A model generated the notes under the pieces. The model saw only the letters and a program-made list of their open reading frames with translations, had not been told where the DNA came from and ran no database searches. DNA of 63,492 nucleotides, filler included, from Reticulomyxa filosa (lineage: Eukaryota > Protista > Foraminifera): assembly GCA_000512085.1 (NCBI GenBank). It is 17 parts of 17 records of this genome, joined end to end, with 100 filler letters (N's around TTAATTAATTAA, not from the genome) between each part and the next. Parts side by side here need not be neighbours in the genome. Positions count along the whole stretch, not along the records: positions 10,976 to 13,646 come from ASPP01022230.1; positions 13,747 to 17,756 come from ASPP01011673.1; positions 17,857 to 22,647 come from ASPP01006048.1; positions 22,748 to 29,916 come from ASPP01020641.1; 13 more parts are not named here. One strand, 5' to 3'. Positions 13,272 through 25,219 of this stretch are shown here, piece after piece. Each line of letters opens with the position of its first letter. The stretch's first letter is position 1. The position numbers were made by a program, and so were the translations under genes.

Positions 13272-13517
13272 TGACAATGGATTTGTCGCATCCATGGCAG
13301 TGGCAGTAGCGACGGTGGCAGTGACGGTGACGGAGGGAGACAAGTGATTGTGTTTGTGAGACCGGTGGATAGACGTGTACGGCTGCTCTTTGGAAAAGAA
13401 CGAGGAGGCGCCGCAATCACTGGCTTCCAAACACTCACTTGCTATGTCCGTCGGCCCGTCGGTTAGACTTAAATCGCTCATTGCGATTGGTGGATGCACC
13501 GTCGTGCCAATTGTCAT
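11854..13517 (-). CDS. Short-chain dehydrogenase/reductase-like protein with His/Gln/Pro-rich N-terminal extension; catalytic motifs degenerate
   Basis: VAMIPNACSSIGQGLTTELARLGYHVVL (Rossmann fold), VIFISSIAG, YCASQHG, LFEEIRQYGTKVCTIIPG, last exon MIQIDDICRCVRFVL..P..VCPTQIHL. Introns at about 12633-12746 and 12084-12199. The 5' end may extend to the contig edge. Confidence 0.85.
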
Positions 13518-13611
13518 CGTCGCAATGCCTTCCGATCGGGATTCGTGTGGAGTCGAATCTCTTCGAATTATCCGTTCTTTTTTGTTTCTGCAACAACAAC
13601 AACAACAACAA

Positions 13612-13646
<35 letters not shown>

Positions 13647-13928
13647 NNNNNNNNNNNNNNNNNNNNNNNNNNNNNNNNNNNNNNNNNNNNTTAATTAATT
13701 AANNNNNNNNNNNNNNNNNNNNNNNNNNNNNNNNNNNNNNNNNNNNCACACAATATTTGTTACTTTTTTTTTTAAGCATGCAAAAATGTCAGATAGATTG
13801 CTAAGGCAAGCATGTTGCTGTTTCTTGTCAAACAATTTCCGCTGTTGCAGTTTCTGCTTCAAAACTGAAAAATGTTGCCTTGAAAAAGTAGACAAGTGAA
13901 TTTTTGTTTTGCAAAACTTTACGCGGGC

Positions 13929-15969
13929 ATGTCTGTACCAACCGCATTAATCGCTTTGATATGGGTGGGATTCTTCTTGAATTTGATAATGGCAGGAACT
14001 ATTCTTCTCGGATTAACTCGAATCCGTAAATTGAAAAATAAAACGCAGTGGAGAGCCCGTCATTTTGGCTTAGTGTCGTTTTTAATATATTTTACTGTAG
14101 TTTTTGTGGCTGGTAGGTAGTTTTATCCTGTTAACAGGGACATCTTGTTTGGCAAGTGTTGCCGGTAATTTATGTTTCCAATATTTTGCCCCCTTCGTTT
14201 GTTCCAAAAACAATGTTGGGATGTGCATGAAAACAGCATGTTGACACAACCACACAATCGCACAGTGGAAAGAAACCTGCAATTATTCGGAAGCGTGTCA
14301 GATTATTTTGATTTAGGAGTTCAGGCGAGATGGATCTTGAACAACTTGTTTGCATTTACATTATTTTGTGCATATGGCTTGAGGTTAGTAAAGAAAAATG
14401 TGGTGTACCTTTTTTTTGGATAAGTTTTTTTTTTTTTGGTTAAAAAAAAAAAAAAGAGCGTGGCTAGTTTATTTTTATTATCACAACGGAGTGGCAAGCC
14501 TTGTGCAGGGACAAAACTATCAAGTAGTTGAGTCAAAATTACAAGAAGAAATGGAATGGTTTATTCTGAACAAAAAAAATTATGGCTCTTTAGCCTTTCT
14601 GACACAGTTTTTAGTAGTAATTGTCATCGTTTTGACTCTTTGGATTTGGTAAGTTTTTGTTTGCCGATGTGAAAATGATTCTTTTGTGCATGCGATAACA
14701 CCCCCCCCCCCCCGCGCAAATGTAAGGAGGTTTTTTCATTTGTTGAATGTGTTCATGATATGGAATAGGGGTTGGATTGTGATCTCACCGACCACATTTG
14801 GCATTGGTTTGGTCATTGTGTATGCTTGTGCCACTCTTACGCTAATGACCATATGTAAAAAACTTACAGCAATTGACGACATTTTTCTAATTGGCCGTTG
14901 AGTGAGAAAAACAAACATAAAGAAAATGCAATTGGATCAAATGAAAAAACACACGTTGTTTCATTTGTGGATTTGCATGTAGGAGAGCTTGTATTGGAGT
15001 TTCGTGTGATGGCGGGGTTTTCAATGATATGTGGGCTATTACTCATCTTTCGGTCGCCAATGGGTCACGACTACTTTGCATTTTTTCTCATCGAAGTCTC
15101 TGCAGTGGCCATAACGACAATGGCATGGGTGGCCACGTGGTGGGTATTGCACAAGTTTTCCTCCAACGATTTATCATTACCAAAAACAAACGCGACGAAC
15201 AAGTTGAGACATGCAAATCGTGAAGGTAATGAAAACGAGAAGGAAGAAAGTGACGAAAGAGGACTGTTGAAATCTCTTCCTTCATTACAAACTGCTTTGC
15301 AGGATGAGCAAACTGTTAACTTTTTTCTACGATATTTAGCTCGCGAATTGTCATTGGAAAATTTTTTTTTTTTGGCTGATGTCATTCACTACAAAAATGC
15401 ATTCGTGCAACATTTAAAGTGAAGTGCACCAAATACATTTATTTTTTTTATTCTATCTCATCTCTGTGTACGTATATAGTGGCGTTTGATATGCGCAATT
15501 TTTGTACACGATGTACTGTAAATAAATATTCAAGAGCGTTTAATGCTGTCCCTGGATTTTACATTTCAATACCAGACTTGGGGAAATATCAATTTGTTCC
15601 TGATCGTACATTTGTTGAATATGCCTGGGCACTCAGTCACGTATATGTTGACACTGTCAATGCGCCTTTTGTTAGTGCACTCACGTTCGAAACGCGAGAA
15701 AAAATATTGGACTATCTAGTTGAGTTGGAGCCCCAAAAAGAAACTCAGTTTGACTCTCGCCAATGGAAAGAACTTTGCAATGTCTTTGATGTGGCTGCTA
15801 CTGAGGCTTGGGAGCAGCTTGCTCAATCGTGGAAACGATATACTCACTTATTAGTTAATTTTTATTGTCATTTTTACCTTTTTATTTTTTTGTTGTTCTA
15901 GGCGAAGTAGTTTGTGGTTGTGTGTCCAAATAAAAAAAATAGTGCTTTGCTGATAGTGAACATAAATGA
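13929..15969 (+). CDS. 7TM-RGS protein (multi-pass membrane domain fused to C-terminal RGS box)
   Basis: About 7 hydrophobic segments across exons 13929-15150, then LQTALQDEQTVNFFLRYLARELSLENFFFLADVIHYK...YVDTVNAPFVSAL..ETREKI...VFDVAATEAWEQLAQSWKRY (RGS). The last exon is tentative. Confidence 0.82.
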
Positions 15970-17061
15970 GAATCATGTATATTCTTTGCAACAACTAAAG
16001 TATTTTCTTCTGAAATGGATTTAACTTGCAAAGGCTAATGCATGGTATATGCTTATTTTTTAATTATTTTTATTTTATTTTTGATTATTTGCTTTTTCCC
16101 ACATGTGAACTTAGGATGTGTGTTGATTAACTGATATATCAACACTATGCAGATAAAATGTTTTGAGTTTGATTAACTGAAATTTAGTTTGGATGTTTAA
16201 AATCTTTTTATTAAATAAAATAAATTAAGAAACTAATAAAAACAAATAATTAAATCGTTTAATGATTTTGTCCATTTGTACATAAAATCTTAAGAACAAA
16301 TTACATTTATATGCTATTGGAACATTGAACTTCACTCTGAATGTTTTTTGAAATAATTTTTAAAAATATATACAAATATTGTAGTTTTAAATACGAAATT
16401 GGTCTTATAATAATTTTCTTTTAGGATGGATAAAAACACCATTCTTTCATGTGATTTTTGAAAATTTCGCATGATTGCACAAAAATCAAATATGTATTGT
16501 CACTATGAAACTTTTAAATCTTTTTGTTTTTGTAGGATTCTTCAAGTCACGTAGATACTTTTTTAAAAGTAGTATTGTATCTTTCGTTTTTGAAAAAATT
16601 CAAAAGTTAACATTTAACTTTTTGAATTTTATTTTGTAAAATTTTTAACATTTATTTATATGTTGAATTTTGTGACAGTATTTACATGCTATAATCAAAT
16701 GTCAATTTTATAATCTAAACAATAAGGCAAATTGTTCAATATATCATTATTTGATATTTCTTTATAAATTGTATACTTGATTTCACAATATATCTTGCAC
16801 GTATGATTAACACCTTTTGAATCAAAATCGCGATATTACAAGTTGATCTTTTTCTTCTGACTATATCATAAGTCTTGACTTTGTCTTTTTCAAATTTATT
16901 TGATTATATCAATCACACAAGTTAATCTTTTTTTTTTAATACATTAGGCTGTGTAGTATTACTTTTGAACATAAGCAGAACAACAGCTAGTCTCAGTTTT
17001 TTAAGTGTTCGAAAAACAAAAACTCACATTTTTAAGAAATTACATTTTGTTATTTGAATTA

Positions 17062-17739
17062 ATGAAAATGAACCAATCAGTGCGAACCCAAACCAAGTTG
17101 TGCAATGTATCTCAGTCCAAGGTAACGGCCCTTGATGATTCATTGTTGAAACATTTACCTGCTTTGGCTCCTTACTTTGGTGCAATGCCATTTCGTTGTG
17201 AAAGACAAAAATCTTGGAAGGAGTTATCAAAAGTGATCGTAATGACAGTCACGCTAATAGCCCCAATACGCTTTTTATTGATTGTATTATTTCTAGTAGC
17301 TGCAATGATACTTTTAATTTTGGCGCGTGTTGGGTTGTCTGCTCTGGAACCAACTCCTAAACATGGACCGAGATGGATGCTCACCTGCGCTGCTTTCAGT
17401 TGTTCACGAATATGTATGTTCGTGGGCGGTTTTTATCATATCAAAATCAAAGCCCATTCGCGGTCACAACTGGAGACATCACGCGTGATTGTGAGCAATC
17501 ATGTTAGCATATGGGACGGCTTTGCGCTCTTGTATCTGTATAAAGCATCGCCTGTGTTACGAGCCGATCTGTTGGACATTCCAATATTGGGAAACGTTTT
17601 AAAGGCAATTATGGCTTTGCCAGTGCATCGTGAAGCCTCTCAAAAATTTACACTAAGAAAGCAATTGGTCGACCGCACATTGGATCACAGATATCCACCT
17701 ATCTTGATCTTTCCGCAAGGTACAACTTGCATGAATCAG
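17062..17739 (+). CDS. Lysophospholipid acyltransferase (LPCAT/PlsC family), 3' truncated at an intron
   Basis: N-terminal TM (IAPIRFLL), VIVSNHVSIWD (HxxxxD), ILIFPQGTTCMN. Confidence 0.88.
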
Positions 17740-17856
17740 TTTCGTATTTTTTTTTTNNNNNNNNNNNNNNNNNNNNNNNNNNNNNNNNNNNNNNNNNNNN
17801 TTAATTAATTAANNNNNNNNNNNNNNNNNNNNNNNNNNNNNNNNNNNNNNNNNNNN

Positions 17857-17891
<35 letters not shown>

Positions 17892-17894
<3 letters not shown>

Positions 17895-19694
17895 TAATGA
17901 AGTTGTCTACACACCTTGAGAGAAGGGCCAAAATAAGAACAATAATAATAATAAAATGGAATTAAATTGAATTAATAAGCGATTCCTTTTTGCATGGTGC
18001 TTTGTGTATGCGGGAAACGCTTGTCTTTGTAAAACAGCTCAAGTTTGTATGAATCAACGGAAAGTGAGGAAGAGGAAGAAATTGATGACCGCATACAAAA
18101 GGCAAAACCTTTGGCAACAACATCGTCATTGATAAATAGCCATCGGACTGAGATGAAAGAAAAGAGCCAATCCAGCAATAAAGATCGACTTCAAAAATTA
18201 ATCCCATCCAAGTCCTCAAAATCTGACTCTAACAAAATTCCCAAAGAGAATCCACAAGTCGAAAGATCTCAAACAAAACACATGACAAAACAGAAAAAAG
18301 ATAAAAGTAACAGTATTTTCTCCAATCACTCACATTCAACTTCGTCGATTTCAAAAAATAGGTTTTTTAAAAAAAAAAAAAAAAAAAAATTTAACTTCTT
18401 TTCTCTTCAACACACATTCATACACAACAGCAACAACATAAGATATTGGCATATTTTGTGATTGTTTCACATGTTGTGAATTAACATATATGTATATACA
18501 CATACATATATATATATATATATATGTATATGTATGTATATATGTATATATGCATATATAATATATTACATGTTTAACATAAATATTCAAATTGTTTATC
18601 AATATCTATACATTCGTGTCATTTGTTTCTTCTCTCAGTGGCAATTTGCAATCGAATGAAAATAAAAGTAGCAAAACAAAAAGTGACAGTAACAAGGGCA
18701 ATACCGCAACGGAAACAAAAATGCTGACTCAGCCTGGAGAGGATGGTAATGACAATGGCCAAAGCAAGACTAAGAGTAAAAATAAAAGTAAAAGCAAAAG
18801 CAAAAATGGCGAACACAAAGTATCCAAATTAAGCAAGCAAGCAAAGCCCAACAAAGAACCGTTGCCAAACAAAGTTCAATCCATGGAAATACCAACATTG
18901 AAAGACGAGTCACAACTTTCTTATGCGTTTCTATCTCAGCCAAATGACACAAATACGCTGTCTGGATTTGAGGGACTAAACGATCATGGTTTGCTCTCGT
19001 CTACTGTTGAAGGCACAGCAATGCATTCACTGCACTCACAGAGCAAAGAAGAACTCTTACGATTGGAGCAACAGCAACAGCAACAACAACAACAGCAACA
19101 ATCGAGATCGAAACAAATACAACCTCTTTCGACATTTGCAAATTCTTCGTCTCCACCCAAATATCCTATAAAAAGAAAATACGAAGATATCAAAATAGAA
19201 ACGAATAACACACCATACGAAAATTCGTGTACTATCGCTCATGCTTTGGGCGATAGTATTGCCCCCAATAAAAAACGCAAGGTTTGCACAGGTTGGCCTT
19301 AGTTGAGATACACCACATCAAATTTACTTAATTTTGATGCACCATATAAAAGAGCGAGTTTGAATTTTTTTTTCCCCCCCCCCCCCTCTCCCCCTCTCCC
19401 CTCTTCCCTTATATTAAACAAATTGACAATGCCAAGAAATGGCAACAGGAACAATAGAGATGGAAATGGAAGTGCCTTTTGTGAACACGACGAGGACACA
19501 TTTGAAGGTTAAATGAGAATTCTCATATTCCAACAACGTCATCAGTGACACCTGTTCCTATGTCAACTCCAGCGCCAACATCGACATCCACGTTACCCGG
19601 GGGACTGACGAGCATGAATCCAATAAACAATGGCAACAATAGTAACAATAATAGCATAAACAATGCTATAAACACGAACATGAATAACAGTGGT

Positions 19695-19744
<50 letters not shown>

Positions 19745-20735
19745 CAGCAACAATGAACATGCTCTTGCTTCGTTAATGAATAGCATAAATGTAATGAGTG
19801 GAGTGAATGGAATGGGTGGGATAGATACATTTCCTCGTCCAGCGGATATACACCCTTGTCCCAATATGAATTATCCATATTACGGAGCGATGCAACTGCC
19901 AATGGGTGCACCGATGTACAATTTGGGATCAATGTTGGGACCATGCAACAATGCCATGACATTTGCCAACAACAATAACAATGCCAACACAATGCTGAAT
20001 GCCACAAACAACAGTCCGTTCACCTTCTTGATGTATCAAGCAATGATGCAAATGCTTGCGCAGAGGACATTGAACGACGATCAGCGGATGGTATCGACAG
20101 GAGCCTCTGCATCACAGCTGCGCTGTATGCCAATGCCACCCCATGTTCAAGCAGAGCCATTCCTGCCTCCTAACATGTTGCAACCGGAGCATGTTATGAT
20201 GCAAGCCTCCACGTCGCAACAACAAGGTGTGGAAATGGGGCCAATCGTGTCCACAGCTTCTGTGGTCACTCCGATTTCGGAGTCTCCACAAATCGAAATG
20301 TTTCCAGAAAACAGTCACGTCATTGACCCCTCAATGGGCCTCGCAGCTCCTGGAAGTGGTGGCAGTGACATTATGCTGCCGGACAATCAGACGCAAACAT
20401 TGTCCGCGGCCACCATGCCTCGACTGCCGTCCGCGTCTGCCGTCATTGCTCCCATTACTTTGAGCGCAACCACTGTCAGTACCCATTATTCACTCCCGGA
20501 AGTGAGTGAAAGTACGTTGGACAATGAAATGAAAGACATCATCCGTAAAAACTCCCTGCGAAAGCAATCCAATGCATGGGATGTCATGAGGCACATGACA
20601 CAGCATTTGTTGCAAGAAGGATACCAACATGAGTTTATCAACAAATTTATGAACATTCAAAATACTCTGGATGACGATGAAAATGTGTTGGAGCACTTGG
20701 ATATTAAAACTATATCAGTTTCGAAAGCACAATGA

Positions 20736-20769
<34 letters not shown>

Positions 20770-22647
20770 GTGAATATATACATATATACATATATATATG
20801 TATATATTCATTATTATTATTATTATTGTTATGCATTTTTTTTAGTTTTTATTTTTTTTAATTCTTGTCCTCCCCCCCCCCCCCCCTGCCCTCAAATTGG
20901 AACATAGCAAAAAGTTGATAAACGTGAATACGAGAATCTACACGACTATGTAAATGATTTGCGGAAGATCTGGCTGCGGAAATACGTCCTCTATCCCCCA
21001 GAAACGCCGATATTTCAAACCGCAAAAAGACTTCAAATCTATTGTGAATATGTGTTGAATTTAATGACTTCACAAGAGCTTAAGCCAGGTCTCCAAGCTT
21101 GTGTTTTGTTGTTTTGGCGAGTTCATTGAACTGTGAGATATGTTGTTTTTCCTTTTGTAATTGCCTTGTATCTTTCTCTCTCTCTCTCTCTCTCTGTATC
21201 AAACGATTCATTTCCTCCCCCTCTCAGAGCTTCGCTGTCCTGATCAGTTTCTGCAAGTATTTAATCACGAACATCAAGAGTACTCGGACAGCTGTCAAGT
21301 GGCCGAGGAAGAAATGAAAGCGCGCAGTCAAGACGAAAATGTCTCATTGGACAAACTTTTAATTTCAAAGACAAAGCTCTCACCGCAACCGCAAAGCACG
21401 GCCCTGTTTGACTTGACACTCTCGCAACCAAGTCATCCCGTGGACGGGTTCCTCAAAAAGAAACTAGAGACATTGGAGCCTCTCAAAAAGCATCCCTTTC
21501 CAATGAAAGCCCTTGCGGAAAGTGATCACGACAGCACTTCGAGCATTGAATCGAATGACAATCTTACCTGTGGGTTGAAGAAGGAATCCGACATAAAAAG
21601 CGAACAAAGCAAAGTTCAGCTAAGTCGCAATGACAAAGTGGTGAAAAAAGACGAAATGCGAGAACAAGAGATGGAAGAGGAGAAAAAGAAAGAGCAGACG
21701 CGAAAATTTCAATCAAATGGCAATGATAATTATAATGATAATGATAATGATAATGATAATGATAAAGATGACGATGGTGATGATGGTAATGAAGATGACG
21801 ATCATAGCAAAGATGACGATCATAGCAAAAATGACGATCATAGCAAAAATGACGATCATAGCAAAAATGACGATCATAGCGAAGATGACAGTATCGACGA
21901 CACGATCATTGGCACCAAGCAGGAGCCCAAAGAGATTGAACCCAAACATGAGATAAAAGCAAAAAGCAAAGAAATGGAGGAAAAAAAGCCAGTGCATAGC
22001 AATAATGAAAGGTCGAGCTCCATCACGAATAAATTAAATGAAAACAATATTCCAAAGACAAAGAAATTGAACGACGAAAAGAAACGTCTTCGTGAGATAA
22101 AAACCGGTCCATCCAAAGAACAGACAGCAAAACTCGAACATGAAAATAAACAAACGACAAAAGAGCTCAGTCAAAGTAAAGTTGAGCGCAATCCACCATT
22201 GTCAAAGAATAAAGACTGCCCGAATGACAGCAAAGACCAACCTTACGACTTGAAAAAGTATTCGCAAGAACTGCTCAAAAAAGCGCCACCTTCGTCGTTG
22301 TATCGGAAAGCTACGCCTTCGGACAAACCAAAAGATACTGCCATTACAAAAGCAAAGACCCAAGTCGATCTCCATGAAGGTGTTATCACAATTCCAAAAC
22401 AATCACAATTGCAATTGAAGTTGAAACCGGTCCAGTCGCAGCAAACAGAATACTTACCTTCCAAAATACCCACGAGGAAACACGTCAAAAAGCTAGTGAA
22501 TCAGCAGTCACCAATAGCAACTGAGGCTTTGGTAAAAAAGGAGTCAGCCGACATAGCTCTTCAAAAAAACAAAGAAATCAAAAGAGAAAACGACAAAAGA
22601 GAAAGAGAAAAGGAACGAGAACGAGAACGAGAAAGAGAAAAAGAAAG
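17892..22647 (+). CDS. Large low-complexity protein with an atypical bromodomain (both ends truncated)
   Basis: ORFs 18045, 18592, 19545 and 21161 can be linked by GT-AG introns. Intron 20718-20907, hidden exon 20908-21088 and intron 21089-21227 give LEHLDIKTIS-QKVDKREYENLHDYVNDLRKIWLRKYVLYPPETPIFQTAKRLQIYCE, matching bromodomain helices A-C, in frame with 21228 onward. Confidence 0.72.
21794..21889 (+). repeat. Coding 18-bp tandem repeat x5 ((D/N)DDHSK)
   Basis: ratgacgatcatagcaaa repeated five times; the last copy is a variant. Confidence 0.95.
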
Positions 22648-22921
22648 NNNNNNNNNNNNNNNNNNNNNNNNNNNNNNNNNNNNNNNNNNNNTTAATTAAT
22701 TAANNNNNNNNNNNNNNNNNNNNNNNNNNNNNNNNNNNNNNNNNNNNTGTATATAATATAATATATACATATACATATATGTATATATTATATTATATTA
22801 TGTGTATGTAACAATATACGTATATATGTATGTAGCATTTATCTATAATACATATATTTATAATTTTATTTTATTTAATTTTTTTTTTTTTGAATGCATG
22901 GGGCTGTTTAAATATATCTAG

Positions 22922-23197
22922 AACTCGATTTTAATAATGATCTCTCAAATCTCTTTTTGTCTTGTGTTCGTTGCGCTGTGGGTATATCCATTGCTCGTCG
23001 CCACTTTTTATGTGTCATTAATCTGGGTAAGCGTTGATATCATCATCCGGTCGGTGTGCCTCGATTTGACGTTTGCTTTTGAGTCGTCAATGTACTTTCG
23101 CTGTTGCAGTTACTGCCACGAAAAAATTCGAGAGCGCATTGCTTTTCGAACTGTTCAGGCCATCCTTGAGGAAGAGTTGTCCATATTTGAGGGATGA
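22922..23197 (+). CDS. Last exon of a multi-pass (GPCR-like) membrane protein
   Basis: Two TM segments, then D-IIIRSVCL-L-F-F...YFRCCSYCH, a Cys-rich juxtamembrane tail and TGA, followed by a T-rich 3' region. Confidence 0.55.
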   Translation, partial: NSILIMISQISFCLVFVALWVYPLLVATFYVSLIWVSVDIIIRSVCLDLTFAFESSMYFRCCSYCHEKIRERIAFRTVQAILEEELSIFEG

Positions 23198-23861
23198 TTT
23201 TTTTTTTTTTTTTTTAATTTTTTTCTTTGGATGATTTCCAAAAAAAAAAATAAAAGAGTGACATTACTTTTTTGCAAGTCAATCCGCTAAGAGAAGCACA
23301 TTTGTCAAAAAAAGTACAATTTATTTTATGACTATAATTACGTTGCAACGTGTTTATAATTCTTTCGCTTTAAGAAGTTGATTTATCCTTGCTAGCAGAC
23401 CTTTTTAAGAAGTAGGTATACAATATGAATAAAAACAATTGCATAGTTTGAAGTTCTTTGAAGTAAAATGATCTGAAAAATCGAGTTATAAAAATGCCTC
23501 ATTCCTTTTATTTTTTTTTTTGAAAAACATTCTCCCCTTCTCTTCAAAAAAGTTTGTTTGAAAGTAGAGGCGGCCAACCCTCTTGTAGGAAAAAAAAAGG
23601 GTGCAAAGTCAAATACACATGCAGCCACAGAAGTAGCAAAAACAGAAAAAAGGGTCAAGATGATTTTTTATTGTTCAAACCTTGGTTCAATAACTAAACA
23701 ATGGGGAATGCGATTTGTCTTCAAAGTCCCACTTGTTTAAAGTTATCCTATTGGTCCATTTTTTTAAGGAAGAGAAAAAAAAGTGTTTATTATAAATATG
23801 AAACATATATATATATATGTATGTGTACTGCAAAAAAAAAAAAGTCCGTTGCAATCACTAG

Positions 23862-24713
23862 GTATATGTGATGTGTACACGGTGGACGGGGACTTTATAA
23901 CGCGATGTTTCGCAGAGGATAAGGTATATTTTATAAAGCAATGTTACGCACAGTCGTGTGACCCTCCATTGCATTTTCGGAATGTGCAATTGGAATGTTG
24001 GCCAGTGTCAGACGACACGGAAGGGAAAGACGGAACGGCGAGTGTCCACAGTAACATTGGCAAGCATGGCATCGGACACAATGACGTGCGAAGTATGTCA
24101 TCACCGACGATTGACCCCTCCACGACCACCAACAGTGTCATGGCACCCCTTCCTTCCAAGCCGAAGCTATCTCCGGTCATTATGGAAGATCACAGATCAA
24201 TGAGTCATTATCAGTTTTGGAACAACTTTCGAATACACAACCATACATTTTTTTACCTTTTTTAAAAAAAAAAAAAAAAAAAAAAGAAAGTACGCACGGT
24301 GTAACATGTTGCATGCGCATACGGAATATCCGACATTACACTTAGTATTTGAGGTGCAAATCGAATATATCCCGGACGCGAACCACAAGCCCAACACCAA
24401 AAGCATAAGCATTGCAGAAGGCAAGCACAACGACAATGACAATAGCAACGATAATAACAATGAGAACGACAATGACAATGACAATGATAATAAAAATGAC
24501 AGTGATCATGACAACATCAACGACAATAACAATGGCAGTAACAATGATCATAAAAACAATGACAATGACAACGAAATAAAAGGATGTATGATTCCATGGA
24601 AAACATCAAAGCACAACGACAACGACAATGACAATAACAATAATAATGGCAATGGTAATGATAGCGATAACGTAGCAAAGAGCAATGTTAATATCAATGT
24701 GAATAATAGTAGC

Positions 24714-24749
<36 letters not shown>

Positions 24750-25187
24750 GACATTAGTAATGAGACGAAAGTAGTATGTGTAGACAAGCCACCAAAAAGT
24801 AGCGAGCTAACATCAGCAATAGCGACGTCGAATAGTGCGTCCGCGAAAGTGGACGAATGGCAAGGGGTCCCCTCCTTGCTGCCGAAAAGCGATCGTGCGC
24901 AGCAAGCAGAAGGAGAGGGAATCAGTCAGCATCAAGGCCATCGGCCAGCGATACGCATGTCAATGAATGAGAGCCCCAAAAAAGTGACTCCAAAAATGCG
25001 TCGATTCAGTGAAGGCAATACGCCTTCGACGCATTCTCATCATCTTGATCATCTACCACTACCACCGCCACCACCACCACCGCCACTTCCTCTTCATTAT
25101 TATCCCCCTCCTCCTCCCTCCTCTCCTCAGCGTTTCCGACGCGACAGTTGTCAGGTGTCCACGATGAACACAGGCGCCACTCCGTCG

Positions 25188-25219
<32 letters not shown>

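Noticed and set aside
21794-21889. 18-bp repeat as a CRISPR array
   Set aside because: Head-to-tail coding minisatellite with no spacers and no cas genes.
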